A DNA stretch of 64,000 nt from contig OZ244961.1 of the NCBI GenBank assembly GCA_965222715.1, positions 365,458 through 429,457 of the forward strand, in the 5' to 3' direction. Below, piece by piece: positions 55,374 through 64,000 of this stretch (positions are counted from its first letter, which is position 1; every line of letters begins with the position of its first letter). The position numbers and the translations under genes are program-made. This DNA comes from Minisyncoccota bacterium (lineage in GTDB: Bacteria; Patescibacteriota; Minisyncoccia; Phycocordibacterales; JABMNX01). Under the pieces are notes generated by a model, which saw only the letters and a program-made list of their open reading frames with translations, searched no databases and was not told the origin of the DNA.

Positions 55374-56492
55374 TTATCGAACTGACCGATATCCCCCACG
55401 AACACCCTCCTTTGAGAGCACTATTTGCCATAGTTGATTTTTGCGCGCACGGAAAGAAGCAGCTGAAGCAAGAAGGTAGTATTTCCACATACGATAAAAA
55501 CGTTCGGAATAATTATCTTTTATATCATCCCAGTGTGCATCAAAGTTTTTAAACCAAGCCATAAGGGTCTTATCATAATCTGGTCCAAAATTATGCCAAT
55601 CTTCCATAACAAAGAGATTGTCTATAGATCGACCAATTTGTTCTACCGATGGTAACATTCCTCCTGGGAAAATATACTTTTCAATCCATGGATCTGTTGT
55701 TTTTACGGAACGATTATTGCCAATTGTATGTAGCAAGAAAAGCCCACCATCTTTAAGAGATCGGTGTACCATTTCCATATAGGTTCGATAATTTTTATAC
55801 CCAACATGCTCAAACATTCCAATAGAGACTATGTGGTCAAATTGTTCATCTACATCACGGTAATCTTGTAGGCGTATTTCAACAGGTAGTCCTTTTACAT
55901 TTTCTTGTGCAAGTTTTTTTTGTTCTTTTGAAACAGTAATCCCTACTACCTCTGCACCATATTTCTCAGCTGCAAATTTAGCAAAACTTCCCCACCCGCA
56001 TCCAATATCAAGCACCCGGTCTCCTTTCTGTAACCCAACTTTTTTACAAATAAGATCTAGTTTTGCTTCTTGAGCTTCATCGAGTGTTTGTGCTTGTGGT
56101 GTCCCGCTCCAGTATCCGCATGTATACACCATGCGCGTATCAAGCATTCGTGTGTAAAGATCATTACCTACATCATAATGTTCTTCTCCTACAATAAATG
56201 CACGTGAAGGACTTTGTAAATTTATAAGACGGGCTCGCAATATATGAAGAAGAAGTGATGGGGTTAATATCTTTCTCTCAAGTCTTGCAGTAAGGGCTTT
56301 ATCAAAGAATTGGTCGAGTTCTTCCACATCCCACCATCCATCCATATAACTCTCTCCGAGGGCTAACGGTCCTTTTGCAAAGACCCGATCAAAAAGTTTT
56401 GGATTGTGTACGGTAATATCCCATGGATTAGTGCCATTTATTTTTATACCACTAGAATCTAGGAGTGCTTGTGCCTTTGCTTCACTGCTCAT
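55374..56492 (-). CDS. cfa: Cyclopropane-fatty-acyl-phospholipid synthase
   Basis: LGESYMDGWW, HYDVGND, LDIGCGWG, SIGMFEHVG, KYIFP.G. Confidence 0.92.
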   Translation of the reverse strand: MSSEAKAQALLDSSGIKINGTNPWDITVHNPKLFDRVFAKGPLALGESYMDGWWDVEELDQFFDKALTARLERKILTPSLLLHILRARLINLQSPSRAFIVGEEHYDVGNDLYTRMLDTRMVYTCGYWSGTPQAQTLDEAQEAKLDLICKKVGLQKGDRVLDIGCGWGSFAKFAAEKYGAEVVGITVSKEQKKLAQENVKGLPVEIRLQDYRDVDEQFDHIVSIGMFEHVGYKNYRTYMEMVHRSLKDGGLFLLHTIGNNRSVKTTDPWIEKYIFPGGMLPSVEQIGRSIDNLFVMEDWHNFGPDYDKTLMAWFKNFDAHWDDIKDNYSERFYRMWKYYLLASAASFRARKNQLWQIVLSKEGVRGGYRSVR

Positions 56493-56497
56493 GTCTC

Positions 56498-57487
56498 TTA
56501 CTTTCTCTTAATAACTCTCTGAACCGCCTCTACTATTGCAGTAACCCCCATACGGTAGTGTTCAATAAGCTCGTCTGGCTCACCAGATTGCCCAAACTGA
56601 TCATGGACTCCGATAAACTCAATTGGTGTTGGGTAAACACTACTTAAAAATTCTGATACCGCGCTACCCATACCGCCAGCAACTTGATGTTCTTCAACGG
56701 TTACCAATGCACCAGTTTCTTTAGCAAGATTTTCTATAGATTCTGTATCGAGCGGTTTTATGGTGTGGTTATTAAGAACTACCGTAGATACACCTTTCTC
56801 TTCAAGTTCTTTAGCGGCACATAGTGCGTTATACGTGAGCGCTCCTGTTGCAATAATGCCAACCTGGGGTGATTCACCTCGCCACAACTCATATGCCTTA
56901 CCTATTTCAAACGGTGTTTTTTCAGTGGTAAACATAGGAGTTTTTGAACGAGCAAATCGTAAATATATTGGTGTATTCGTTGCGGCTGCGGCTATGGTTG
57001 CTTTTCGTGCCTCTTCAACATCACACGGATAGATAACGGTCATATTTGGCTGCACTCGCATGAGTGCAATATCTTCAAGTTGTTGATGTGTTGCCCCATC
57101 AGGACCAACAGAGACACCAGCGTGCATACCACACACTTTCACTGGAACATTATTAAGGGAAACAGTGGTCCGAATCTGCTCGTTATTACGTCCTGGTGAA
57201 AATGCAGCGTAGCTTGTAATGAAAGGAATTTTCCCATAGTTTGCAAGACCTGACGCAACTGTTGCAAGATTTTGTTCAGCAACACCAATCTCAATGTATC
57301 GCTGAGGAAACTTTTCTTTAAACCAATGTGAGCGAGTTGATTCTGCAAGGTCAGCACACAGTACAACAACGTCTTCATTCCTCTCTCCAACCTCAACCAC
57401 TCCTTTCCCAAAGCCATCACGAGTTGAGCCGCTCTCAATATCTTCACTAAATATATTTTCTACAAGATGTGCTGTCTTTTGAATCAT
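56498..57487 (-). CDS. Transketolase C-terminal subunit
   Basis: GVAEQN, DGATHQ, EEH...GG.G. Confidence 0.92.
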   Translation of the reverse strand: MIQKTAHLVENIFSEDIESGSTRDGFGKGVVEVGERNEDVVVLCADLAESTRSHWFKEKFPQRYIEIGVAEQNLATVASGLANYGKIPFITSYAAFSPGRNNEQIRTTVSLNNVPVKVCGMHAGVSVGPDGATHQQLEDIALMRVQPNMTVIYPCDVEEARKATIAAAATNTPIYLRFARSKTPMFTTEKTPFEIGKAYELWRGESPQVGIIATGALTYNALCAAKELEEKGVSTVVLNNHTIKPLDTESIENLAKETGALVTVEEHQVAGGMGSAVSEFLSSVYPTPIEFIGVHDQFGQSGEPDELIEHYRMGVTAIVEAVQRVIKRK

Positions 57488-58344
57488 AGATCACTACAGG
57501 TTATTTTCCCACCAAGTGTGCGTAATTCTTTAAGGAACGCTTCCCCTTCTTCTCCGGTTGGTGGTTTCCCGTGCCAGGTATAATCCCCTTCAATAGACTC
57601 AATACCTTTCCCGGGAATAGTATTTGCAATAATCATTGTTGGTTTTTCCTGTATCGCTTTTGACTCCTCAACAGCACTCACAAACGCCTCAATATTATGA
57701 CCATCTACTTCCATGACATGCCAATTAAATGCTTCAAATTTTTCTCGAAGTGGTTCAAGTGGCATTACATCCTCAGTATCTCCATTAATTTGAATATTGT
57801 TACGGTCAATAACACCAGTTATATTGGAAAGTCGATTAACCCCAGCAAACATTGCTGATTCCCATATATTTCCCGCTTGGAGTTCACCGTCAGACATGAG
57901 GCAGTATACGCGAAACTTCTTACCATCAAGACGTGCACCGTACGCAATACCAGCGGCTTGCCCTAAACCTGAACCAAGTGGTCCAGACGTTGTCTCAAGT
58001 GCTGGTATTTTTTCACGTTCAGGATGCCCTTGTATACGGGAACCGAACTTCCTCAGTGTTTTTGCCTCATCTACTGAAAAGTAACCGGCATGCGCCATTG
58101 CAGCGTAGCGCACCGGAACAATGTGACCATTAGAGAGAATGAGTCGATCTCGATCTTCCCAGAGTGGCTCCTCTGGCTTGTGATTGAGTATGTGAAAATA
58201 AAATGCAGTGAAGATGTCCGCCATACCAAGTGGTCCTGCAGTGTGTCCCGAACCAGCTTCAACCAACATCTCAATAATTGTTTGACGCACCTTATTTGCC
58301 TGTGCCTCGAGCGTACATATTTTTGTATCATCAATGTGTGCCAT
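57484..58344 (-). CDS. Transketolase N-terminal subunit
   Basis: SGH, DRLILSNGH, QGHP, SDGE..G..WE ThDP motif, GKG, WHG. Confidence 0.92.
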   Translation of the reverse strand: MAHIDDTKICTLEAQANKVRQTIIEMLVEAGSGHTAGPLGMADIFTAFYFHILNHKPEEPLWEDRDRLILSNGHIVPVRYAAMAHAGYFSVDEAKTLRKFGSRIQGHPEREKIPALETTSGPLGSGLGQAAGIAYGARLDGKKFRVYCLMSDGELQAGNIWESAMFAGVNRLSNITGVIDRNNIQINGDTEDVMPLEPLREKFEAFNWHVMEVDGHNIEAFVSAVEESKAIQEKPTMIIANTIPGKGIESIEGDYTWHGKPPTGEEGEAFLKELRTLGGKITCSDL

Positions 58345-58346
58345 AT

Positions 58347-59069
58347 CTAAACCTGTCTTAATTGCTGTAGTGCCTCTTGTATATTACCACTTTCAAAAAT
58401 AGCTGAACCTGAAACTAATCGATCAGCGCCAGCGCTGATTAATTGGGGTGCGGTTACTTTAGAAACACCACCATCAACACTTATTATAAGATGCGGGTAT
58501 TCCTCTCGCAAATGATGAACTCGCTTAATAACTCTTTCATCAAAAGGTTCTCCCTGGTACCCGATTCTTTCTATACCCATAAGCTGCACTACATCGATTC
58601 TGTGTATGTAGGATGATAGTGCATCAAGTGGGGTATCAATACTTAGCGCAAAACCAATTTCAAGCGGCGGCATGCCCTCATACTCTCGCTCTTCTTTCTT
58701 ATATGCATCAATAAGAGTAATGATTTCCCGTGGCACATCAGTACTTTCGATATGAACAATGATTCTCTGTGCTCCAACATCAATCCACTTTGTAATGTAC
58801 TCTTTTGGCCGAGCAACCATGAGGTCAACTTCGAAATACATTTCATCCCACAGTGGTAACCCTGTTTGTTTGAGACGTGTCAGCTCTACATCTAGCCCAC
58901 CAGACACCGTATACGGCCAGCTCTGTGATGGAACAAATGAACCATCCATGATATCAATTTGTACTTCAGGAACTAACCCACGCACCCGGCTGACCATGTT
59001 CTCTAACTCTTCAAATGTGCTTGGCATAATTGCCGGAATGATCTGTGGTGCCTGAGATACTCTGTACAT
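58347..59069 (-). CDS. rpe: Ribulose-phosphate 3-epimerase
   Basis: DIMDG.FVP, LMV, VDGGV, VSGSAIF. Confidence 0.88.
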   Translation of the reverse strand: MYRVSQAPQIIPAIMPSTFEELENMVSRVRGLVPEVQIDIMDGSFVPSQSWPYTVSGGLDVELTRLKQTGLPLWDEMYFEVDLMVARPKEYITKWIDVGAQRIIVHIESTDVPREIITLIDAYKKEEREYEGMPPLEIGFALSIDTPLDALSSYIHRIDVVQLMGIERIGYQGEPFDERVIKRVHHLREEYPHLIISVDGGVSKVTAPQLISAGADRLVSGSAIFESGNIQEALQQLRQV

Positions 59070-59091
59070 ATTACATATACAATTTAAACAG

Positions 59092-59541
59092 TTACGAATT
59101 CCTGTCTATTTTTTCTATACGGCGCACATGACGTTCTTCTTCATTAAATGATGTACTAAGGAATATGCGCACCGCATTCTCAGCTTCTTCCTCACGTATA
59201 TATCGAGCGCCGATGGATAGTGTGTTTGCATTATTATGTTCTCGAGCAAGTCGTACAATCTCCATATCACCACCGTAGAACACGGCAGCTCGCACACTTT
59301 TATACCGATTTGCTACAATCGCCTCACCCTGCCCTGAACCTCCGAGAATAACCCCTCGGCGATTCACGGGGTCTTTTGACACCTCTACAACTGCTTTTTT
59401 TATAAAGTCAGGATAGTCATCGTCTTTCTCATATGAAAGAGCTCCACAGTCGGTAACGGTATGCCCAAGACTTTCTATAAAAGGCTTTAATGTTTCTTTT
59501 AACGCAAAGCCTGCATGATCTGTTGCTATATAGACTTCCAT
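59092..59541 (-). CDS. rpiB: Ribose-5-phosphate isomerase B
   Basis: DHAG, DYPD, GGSGQG, AREHNNAN, RH.RR. Confidence 0.9.
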   Translation of the reverse strand: MEVYIATDHAGFALKETLKPFIESLGHTVTDCGALSYEKDDDYPDFIKKAVVEVSKDPVNRRGVILGGSGQGEAIVANRYKSVRAAVFYGGDMEIVRLAREHNNANTLSIGARYIREEEAENAVRIFLSTSFNEEERHVRRIEKIDRNS

Positions 59542-59544
59542 AGA

Positions 59545-60570
59545 CTAGGAAATGTGACGTGCTGATTGGGTTGCATGTTGAAGGAGTGCATTGGTATACC
59601 CCATTTCATTATCATACCAAGAGAGTACCTTCACTAAGTTTCCCCCAACAACGCGAGTAAATGATAAGTCGGCAATCGACGCGTAGGTGCTTCCTATAAT
59701 GTCACTTGAGACTATCTGATCTGTAGTAACAGAAAATACTTTGTTCCACCTCTCTGTTTCTGCTGCTTGTGTAAGAATGTCATTTATTTCTTCAACGGTT
59801 ACTTCACGTTTTGCAAGAAAGGTAACATCAACAATTGATCCCACAACAACTGGTACACGGATGGCAATGCCGTCAAACTTACCTTCAAGTGAACGTATTG
59901 CTTTTGTGGTTGCAATTGCTGCACCAGTTGTTGTGGGAATAATATTTTGTGCAGCTGCTCTTCCCTTTCGAAAATCTTTAGCGGGACTATCAACAATACT
60001 CTGTGAAGCAGTATAGCCATGCACAGTGTTAAGAAGAGCTTTCTCTACACCAACTTCTTCTTCAAGGATTTGCATTAATGGACTTCCTGCGTTTGTGGTA
60101 CATGATGCGTTTGAACTAATGTCACATGTCTTGAGCACATCATCATTAACCCCCATTAAGACTGTTTCTCCAGTAATGTCGCTTGGCGGATTATCTTTAA
60201 CCGGAGCTGAAATGACCACACGTCGCGCACCAGCCTTAAGGTGGGCTCGAGATTTCTCATATGTCGTAAACATTCCCGTTGATTCAAGTACGAGGTCAAT
60301 TCCCATTTTTTTCCACGGCAACTTTTCTGGGTCTCGCTCGCTCAAAAAAGAAACGGTACGACCATTAATGACTAGACCACTTTCATTTACAGAGATATCT
60401 AAATCGCTAACCCCATATACTGAATCGTACTTTAATAAGTAGGCAAGATTTTCAATGTCGCCCAAATCATTAATAGCAACAACTTCTATATCCTGATTTC
60501 CTTCAGCAAGTTTAAAAAATGCTCTTCCGATACGACCAAATCCATTAATTGCTACTTTTTTCTTTTCCAT
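59545..60570 (-). CDS. gap: Glyceraldehyde-3-phosphate dehydrogenase type I
   Basis: AINGFGRIGR, SNASCTTN, WYDNE.GY. Confidence 0.96.
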   Translation of the reverse strand: MEKKKVAINGFGRIGRAFFKLAEGNQDIEVVAINDLGDIENLAYLLKYDSVYGVSDLDISVNESGLVINGRTVSFLSERDPEKLPWKKMGIDLVLESTGMFTTYEKSRAHLKAGARRVVISAPVKDNPPSDITGETVLMGVNDDVLKTCDISSNASCTTNAGSPLMQILEEEVGVEKALLNTVHGYTASQSIVDSPAKDFRKGRAAAQNIIPTTTGAAIATTKAIRSLEGKFDGIAIRVPVVVGSIVDVTFLAKREVTVEEINDILTQAAETERWNKVFSVTTDQIVSSDIIGSTYASIADLSFTRVVGGNLVKVLSWYDNEMGYTNALLQHATQSARHIS

Positions 60571-60672
60571 GTATCCGATATAAAACCAATATACACTAAG
60601 TATAAAGGTAGATATCTCTAAGTCAAAAAAGGTTTGTGTGAAAAGGTTTCTCACGGGTATAATGAGCACATA

Positions 60673-62451
60673 ATGTTTCGTCAATATACAGATTGGCTGC
60701 TTTTAGTTGTATTAGTAAGTACTACCATTGGTGGTATTACCGCAGCATCGTGGCACTACCAGAAAACACTAGAAGGTGAGATTACTTTTTTGAAAGATGA
60801 GCTACGTACATTTTGGACTCCAGATGTTGAGGTTGATGGAGTCTTATATCGCATCGATAAGACAATAGTAGTGGTTGGAAACGATGGGAAAAGTTTCGTA
60901 CCCACAAAAGAATTATCACAACAAAAGAAGCTGAATATTTTACGTACTGCCTATTTCTCAACACTTACACGGATCGATCCACTTTTTGCGCTTGATATGG
61001 CCAACACTGAAAAGCTTCGAGAAAGTATTTTTGATTTACGCACATCTCTTGATGCATACGCACCTTTCTACACAAGTACCGAAGAAAGATTTTTACGCTC
61101 ATCAGTATATCCCACAGAGTTTTTAGAAGAACTGAGTCACTTAGAAGATATTCGCCAACGTATTATTCTTGCTCCTCGCAACACAACTACAGAAGAGTAC
61201 TTGAAACAATTTGAAAAAACTGTGTATGCATACAAAAAAGGAATAGCTAACCTGCTCACCACATATGCACTTGTGTCTAATGACACACAGGAAGGAGACA
61301 GGTTTTATTTTATGGGTGGGTATACGACCATACCTCAATTTAAGACCGCCTTGGCCCTTATTGAGGAAAATATGCAGGCCACCTACAGAGAACATAAAAA
61401 ACGTGTTCTGTGTATTGAGGGAAATACTGATCAATGTCCTCACCTCACAGAACATCTGTTTCCTTATAGCATAAGTGATTTAACAAATTCTTCAAAAACA
61501 GTTTCACTACCTACGCAAGTTCTAGAAAATGCAACATTGCTTGAAGAGTACTATAAAAAAGATCCTCGAGTAGATAACAAATCATTCTCTCATCCAATTA
61601 TTGCATTGACGAGCAGTGATTGTTTTTGGGAAGAAGAAACTCAATTTTTTAAGACATTTTTACGAGAAATTGCCCCTGGAAAGGTTGTACTGAAACGAGA
61701 ATTCTTAAATGATTTGTATTTCTATAAATTAACTGAACCGGTTAGCATAATGGAATACGCAGCACTCTTACAGAGCCCAGACGCTGAGCAGGTGTATATA
61801 TATCAACCAATAGCAAATACGTATATGTGCCCTGAATCAGGGACAGATGCTGCAAAAATAAATACCCTGCTTTCTGTACAGTCACTACTTAAGCAACACC
61901 CAATATTCGGTACGGAATCTACAAAATTTAACCAAGAAGCGGAAAAACTTTTTACTATTGAAAAAAAGATACGTGAAAGTGATAAGATACTTTTTGAAAG
62001 TGATATTGATGAGTATGTAGTATGGTTAATTTCACTACTAAGAAATGCTAGCGGAGATAGACAGGTGTATAGAGCATTGGAAGCTGAGAGATTACTTAAC
62101 ATTGAAAGAATTTTGTCTCTCTACCAAAGTAAAACAGCTGGTTTTGATGAACTTATCTATGCACTGGTTGACGAAAGTGATTATTTAAAGAGAGCAGTGC
62201 AGAATAACTTTAAAATAGATTTTGTATACGTACTAATAAGTCGAGCAAATCCAATCCTTACTTTTCAAGCGTTTAATAGCACAATCCAAAGGGACACAAG
62301 ACCTTCAGTGCTATTTCCAAGCACGTCTGACCTAAAAGAAGCTTTTAATCTGGTGAGGTATGTAGAGGAAAAAGAGTTAAAAAACACTTATACAAAAGAT
62401 GAGTTACCAGAGTTAATGTGGAGAGGACACCAAGTCGAGCGACCTCTGTAA
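60673..62451 (+). CDS. Large membrane-anchored hypothetical protein
   Basis: 592-aa ORF, N-terminal TM, TATAAT just upstream; no recognised family. Confidence 0.7.
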   Translation: MFRQYTDWLLLVVLVSTTIGGITAASWHYQKTLEGEITFLKDELRTFWTPDVEVDGVLYRIDKTIVVVGNDGKSFVPTKELSQQKKLNILRTAYFSTLTRIDPLFALDMANTEKLRESIFDLRTSLDAYAPFYTSTEERFLRSSVYPTEFLEELSHLEDIRQRIILAPRNTTTEEYLKQFEKTVYAYKKGIANLLTTYALVSNDTQEGDRFYFMGGYTTIPQFKTALALIEENMQATYREHKKRVLCIEGNTDQCPHLTEHLFPYSISDLTNSSKTVSLPTQVLENATLLEEYYKKDPRVDNKSFSHPIIALTSSDCFWEEETQFFKTFLREIAPGKVVLKREFLNDLYFYKLTEPVSIMEYAALLQSPDAEQVYIYQPIANTYMCPESGTDAAKINTLLSVQSLLKQHPIFGTESTKFNQEAEKLFTIEKKIRESDKILFESDIDEYVVWLISLLRNASGDRQVYRALEAERLLNIERILSLYQSKTAGFDELIYALVDESDYLKRAVQNNFKIDFVYVLISRANPILTFQAFNSTIQRDTRPSVLFPSTSDLKEAFNLVRYVEEKELKNTYTKDELPELMWRGHQVERPL

Positions 62452-62469
62452 AGAGGTATTATTCTTATA

Positions 62470-62724
62470 TTACTCAAGAAAGCCAGCGCACGACACAAAG
62501 AAAGACCGACCTTCGTCTTTTGATTCAATTGACTCAGTGAAATCTATACTATCCGTAAGAACACAACCATTAGCAAGAGTACCTTTCTCCTCTTTTTGAG
62601 AGTGTAGTAGACCATTAATACCTCCAAACCAAGCAACTGAAAAAAGAGCAACACCCGAGAGTATACTGAGACCTGGTTTCTTAGATAACAACTTAAGATG
62701 AGATATATTAGTATCTTTTTTCAT
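62470..62724 (-). CDS. Small single-TM hypothetical protein
   Basis: TM then two Cys, ending FFVSCAGFLE; TATACT upstream. Confidence 0.6.
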   Translation of the reverse strand: MKKDTNISHLKLLSKKPGLSILSGVALFSVAWFGGINGLLHSQKEEKGTLANGCVLTDSIDFTESIESKDEGRSFFVSCAGFLE

Positions 62725-62796
62725 AGTACATATAGTATATATCAATATGTACGTAACTAAAAAGAATTTATTAACACCAGAAGTGTAGATTATTTT

Positions 62797-63315
62797 CTAC
62801 CCCTTTCTCCCAAACAGGAATCCGAGAAAAGCGCCCAAAATGAGACCAAATATAGCGAAGAAAATACCAAAAGGAGGGGGAGAGGAGGAGGTGTTTTCAA
62901 CAGTGAGGGGGAAGCTTACTTCAGCCAACGTCTCTCCGTTACTTTGAAAACGTGCTGATATAAGGTGTTTCCCTGGTTCAGAAAAGGTATACAGCACACC
63001 AGTGGTTCCAAATTCTGGTTTATGTATTCCAGTTGCAAACAATGTGCGTGTTTCTTTGTTGATACGAAGCCATACATCTGAATATTCAACTTCTTCACCT
63101 GTTTGAACATCTGTAATTGTAAAATCAAACCGAGCGCCACTATCAAGAGTTACTATTTCAGGGCTATACCCCACATCAACACGATATCCGTCTATTATTT
63201 CTTCATATGATAGACCGGTACCGTGTCCGAAGGTAAAAATAGGTAGCAACATCCAAATGAGAAAAAGTGCGAAGAACACGAAACCTCTCTTTTGCTGTAC
63301 ACACTTATAGATCAT
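62797..63315 (-). CDS. Secreted Ig-like protein with C-terminal TM anchor
   Basis: Signal peptide ending TFG-H, F..PG.H/Y beta-sandwich pattern, C-terminal TM + RKG. Confidence 0.65.
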   Translation of the reverse strand: MIYKCVQQKRGFVFFALFLIWMLLPIFTFGHGTGLSYEEIIDGYRVDVGYSPEIVTLDSGARFDFTITDVQTGEEVEYSDVWLRINKETRTLFATGIHKPEFGTTGVLYTFSEPGKHLISARFQSNGETLAEVSFPLTVENTSSSPPPFGIFFAIFGLILGAFLGFLFGRKG

Positions 63316-63320
63316 ACTTT

Positions 63321-63998
63321 TTACTGGCTACTGGTACTGGTTGTAGTCGCTGTACTTCCCTCTTGACCTTCTCCAGATACAGGCTCGACTATAACGCTTC
63401 GAGTTTTAGATGACGTGTTTCCAGCTACATCAGATACACTATATGTAACAGAATATGTTCCTGCTACCTCGGTGTTCACATTACTTTCAGTAATAATTGA
63501 GCTGGTAATGTCTCCATCACCATCATCACTTGCCGTAGCACCTTGATCGGTATATACCCCACCTTGGGTTACAGTCACTGATTGTTCTCCGAGTATAGTA
63601 ATTATAGGTGCTGTGGTATCAGCTGGAGTAGATACTGACTCGCTTTCCGTTGAAGTTGCTGCTTCAGTTTCTACTACTTCGTTTGATGAAGGTGCTTCAT
63701 CAACCTGATCCCCTCCGCTACCAACAATAACTGTTCGTGTCGCGGTTCCTGTGTTACCAGCCTGATCTGTTGCGCTGTATGTAATTGTATATGTAACATC
63801 TGTTGATGTATCAATAGAAATTGAAGTTACGGTGACTCCATTAACTTGATATGTAATCCCAAGGTTGTTGTTCCTGTTGTCAGTTACTGTTGCGCCTAAG
63901 TCAACGTAGGTTGAACCAACATCAATAATTGCTGGATTATTACCATTAATAGTAATTACTGGCGGTTCAGTGTCTGAGGCATCATTAGACCCAGAGGG
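63321..63998 (-). CDS. Surface protein with DUF5011/HYR-like Ig repeats, 5'-truncated
   Basis: Two D..PP/AP.ITI.G...Y.D.GAT..D...Y...D.AGN...TR.V repeats. Confidence 0.85.
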   Translation of the reverse strand, partial: PSGSNDASDTEPPVITINGNNPAIIDVGSTYVDLGATVTDNRNNNLGITYQVNGVTVTSISIDTSTDVTYTITYSATDQAGNTGTATRTVIVGSGGDQVDEAPSSNEVVETEAATSTESESVSTPADTTAPIITILGEQSVTVTQGGVYTDQGATASDDGDGDITSSIITESNVNTEVAGTYSVTYSVSDVAGNTSSKTRSVIVEPVSGEGQEGSTATTTSTSSQ

Positions 63999-64000
63999 TT

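Noticed and set aside
1-64000. Alternative genetic code (TGA=Gly, table 25)
   Set aside because: Long conserved genes are intact under table 11, and pfkB ends at TGA at the expected length

Overview
64 kb of a reduced, low-GC bacterial chromosome using translation table 11. It is most consistent with Patescibacteria/CPR (Parcubacteria-like), inferred from the hinge-less SMC, NusB-Nudix fusion, truncated ThrS/PheS/RF1, split transketolase and mostly SD-less housekeeping genes. Content is mainly housekeeping: hisS, rpoD-dnaG, rpoBC, trmD-khpA-rpsP, rnr, rpmF-nusB-rnc-smc, rnhB, dnaE, thrS, gyrB, pheST, tsf-rpsB, prfA-rpmE, rplY, tRNA-Thr(TGT) and a glycolysis/pentose-phosphate cluster. The strongest finding is a complete NlpC/P60 papain-like peptidase domain with an intact Cys-His-His triad inserted in frame in the B5 domain of PheRS beta (PheT). 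Other findings: a tRNA-Thr flanked by rearranged partial copies carrying the same 23-nt insert; a dispersed palindrome family (AAACGCCAAGGGTACCCTTGGCGTTT); a 38-bp perfect palindrome plus 24-bp tandem repeats next to a PD-(D/E)XK nuclease; a long stem covering the rnc start codon; a sortase with a VPYTG-type candidate substrate; and several self-contained small-ORF cassettes with their own promoter, SD, boxA-like motif and terminator. No CRISPR array, transposase, integrase or rRNA was seen. All protein calls are from motif recognition by eye; no database search was run.
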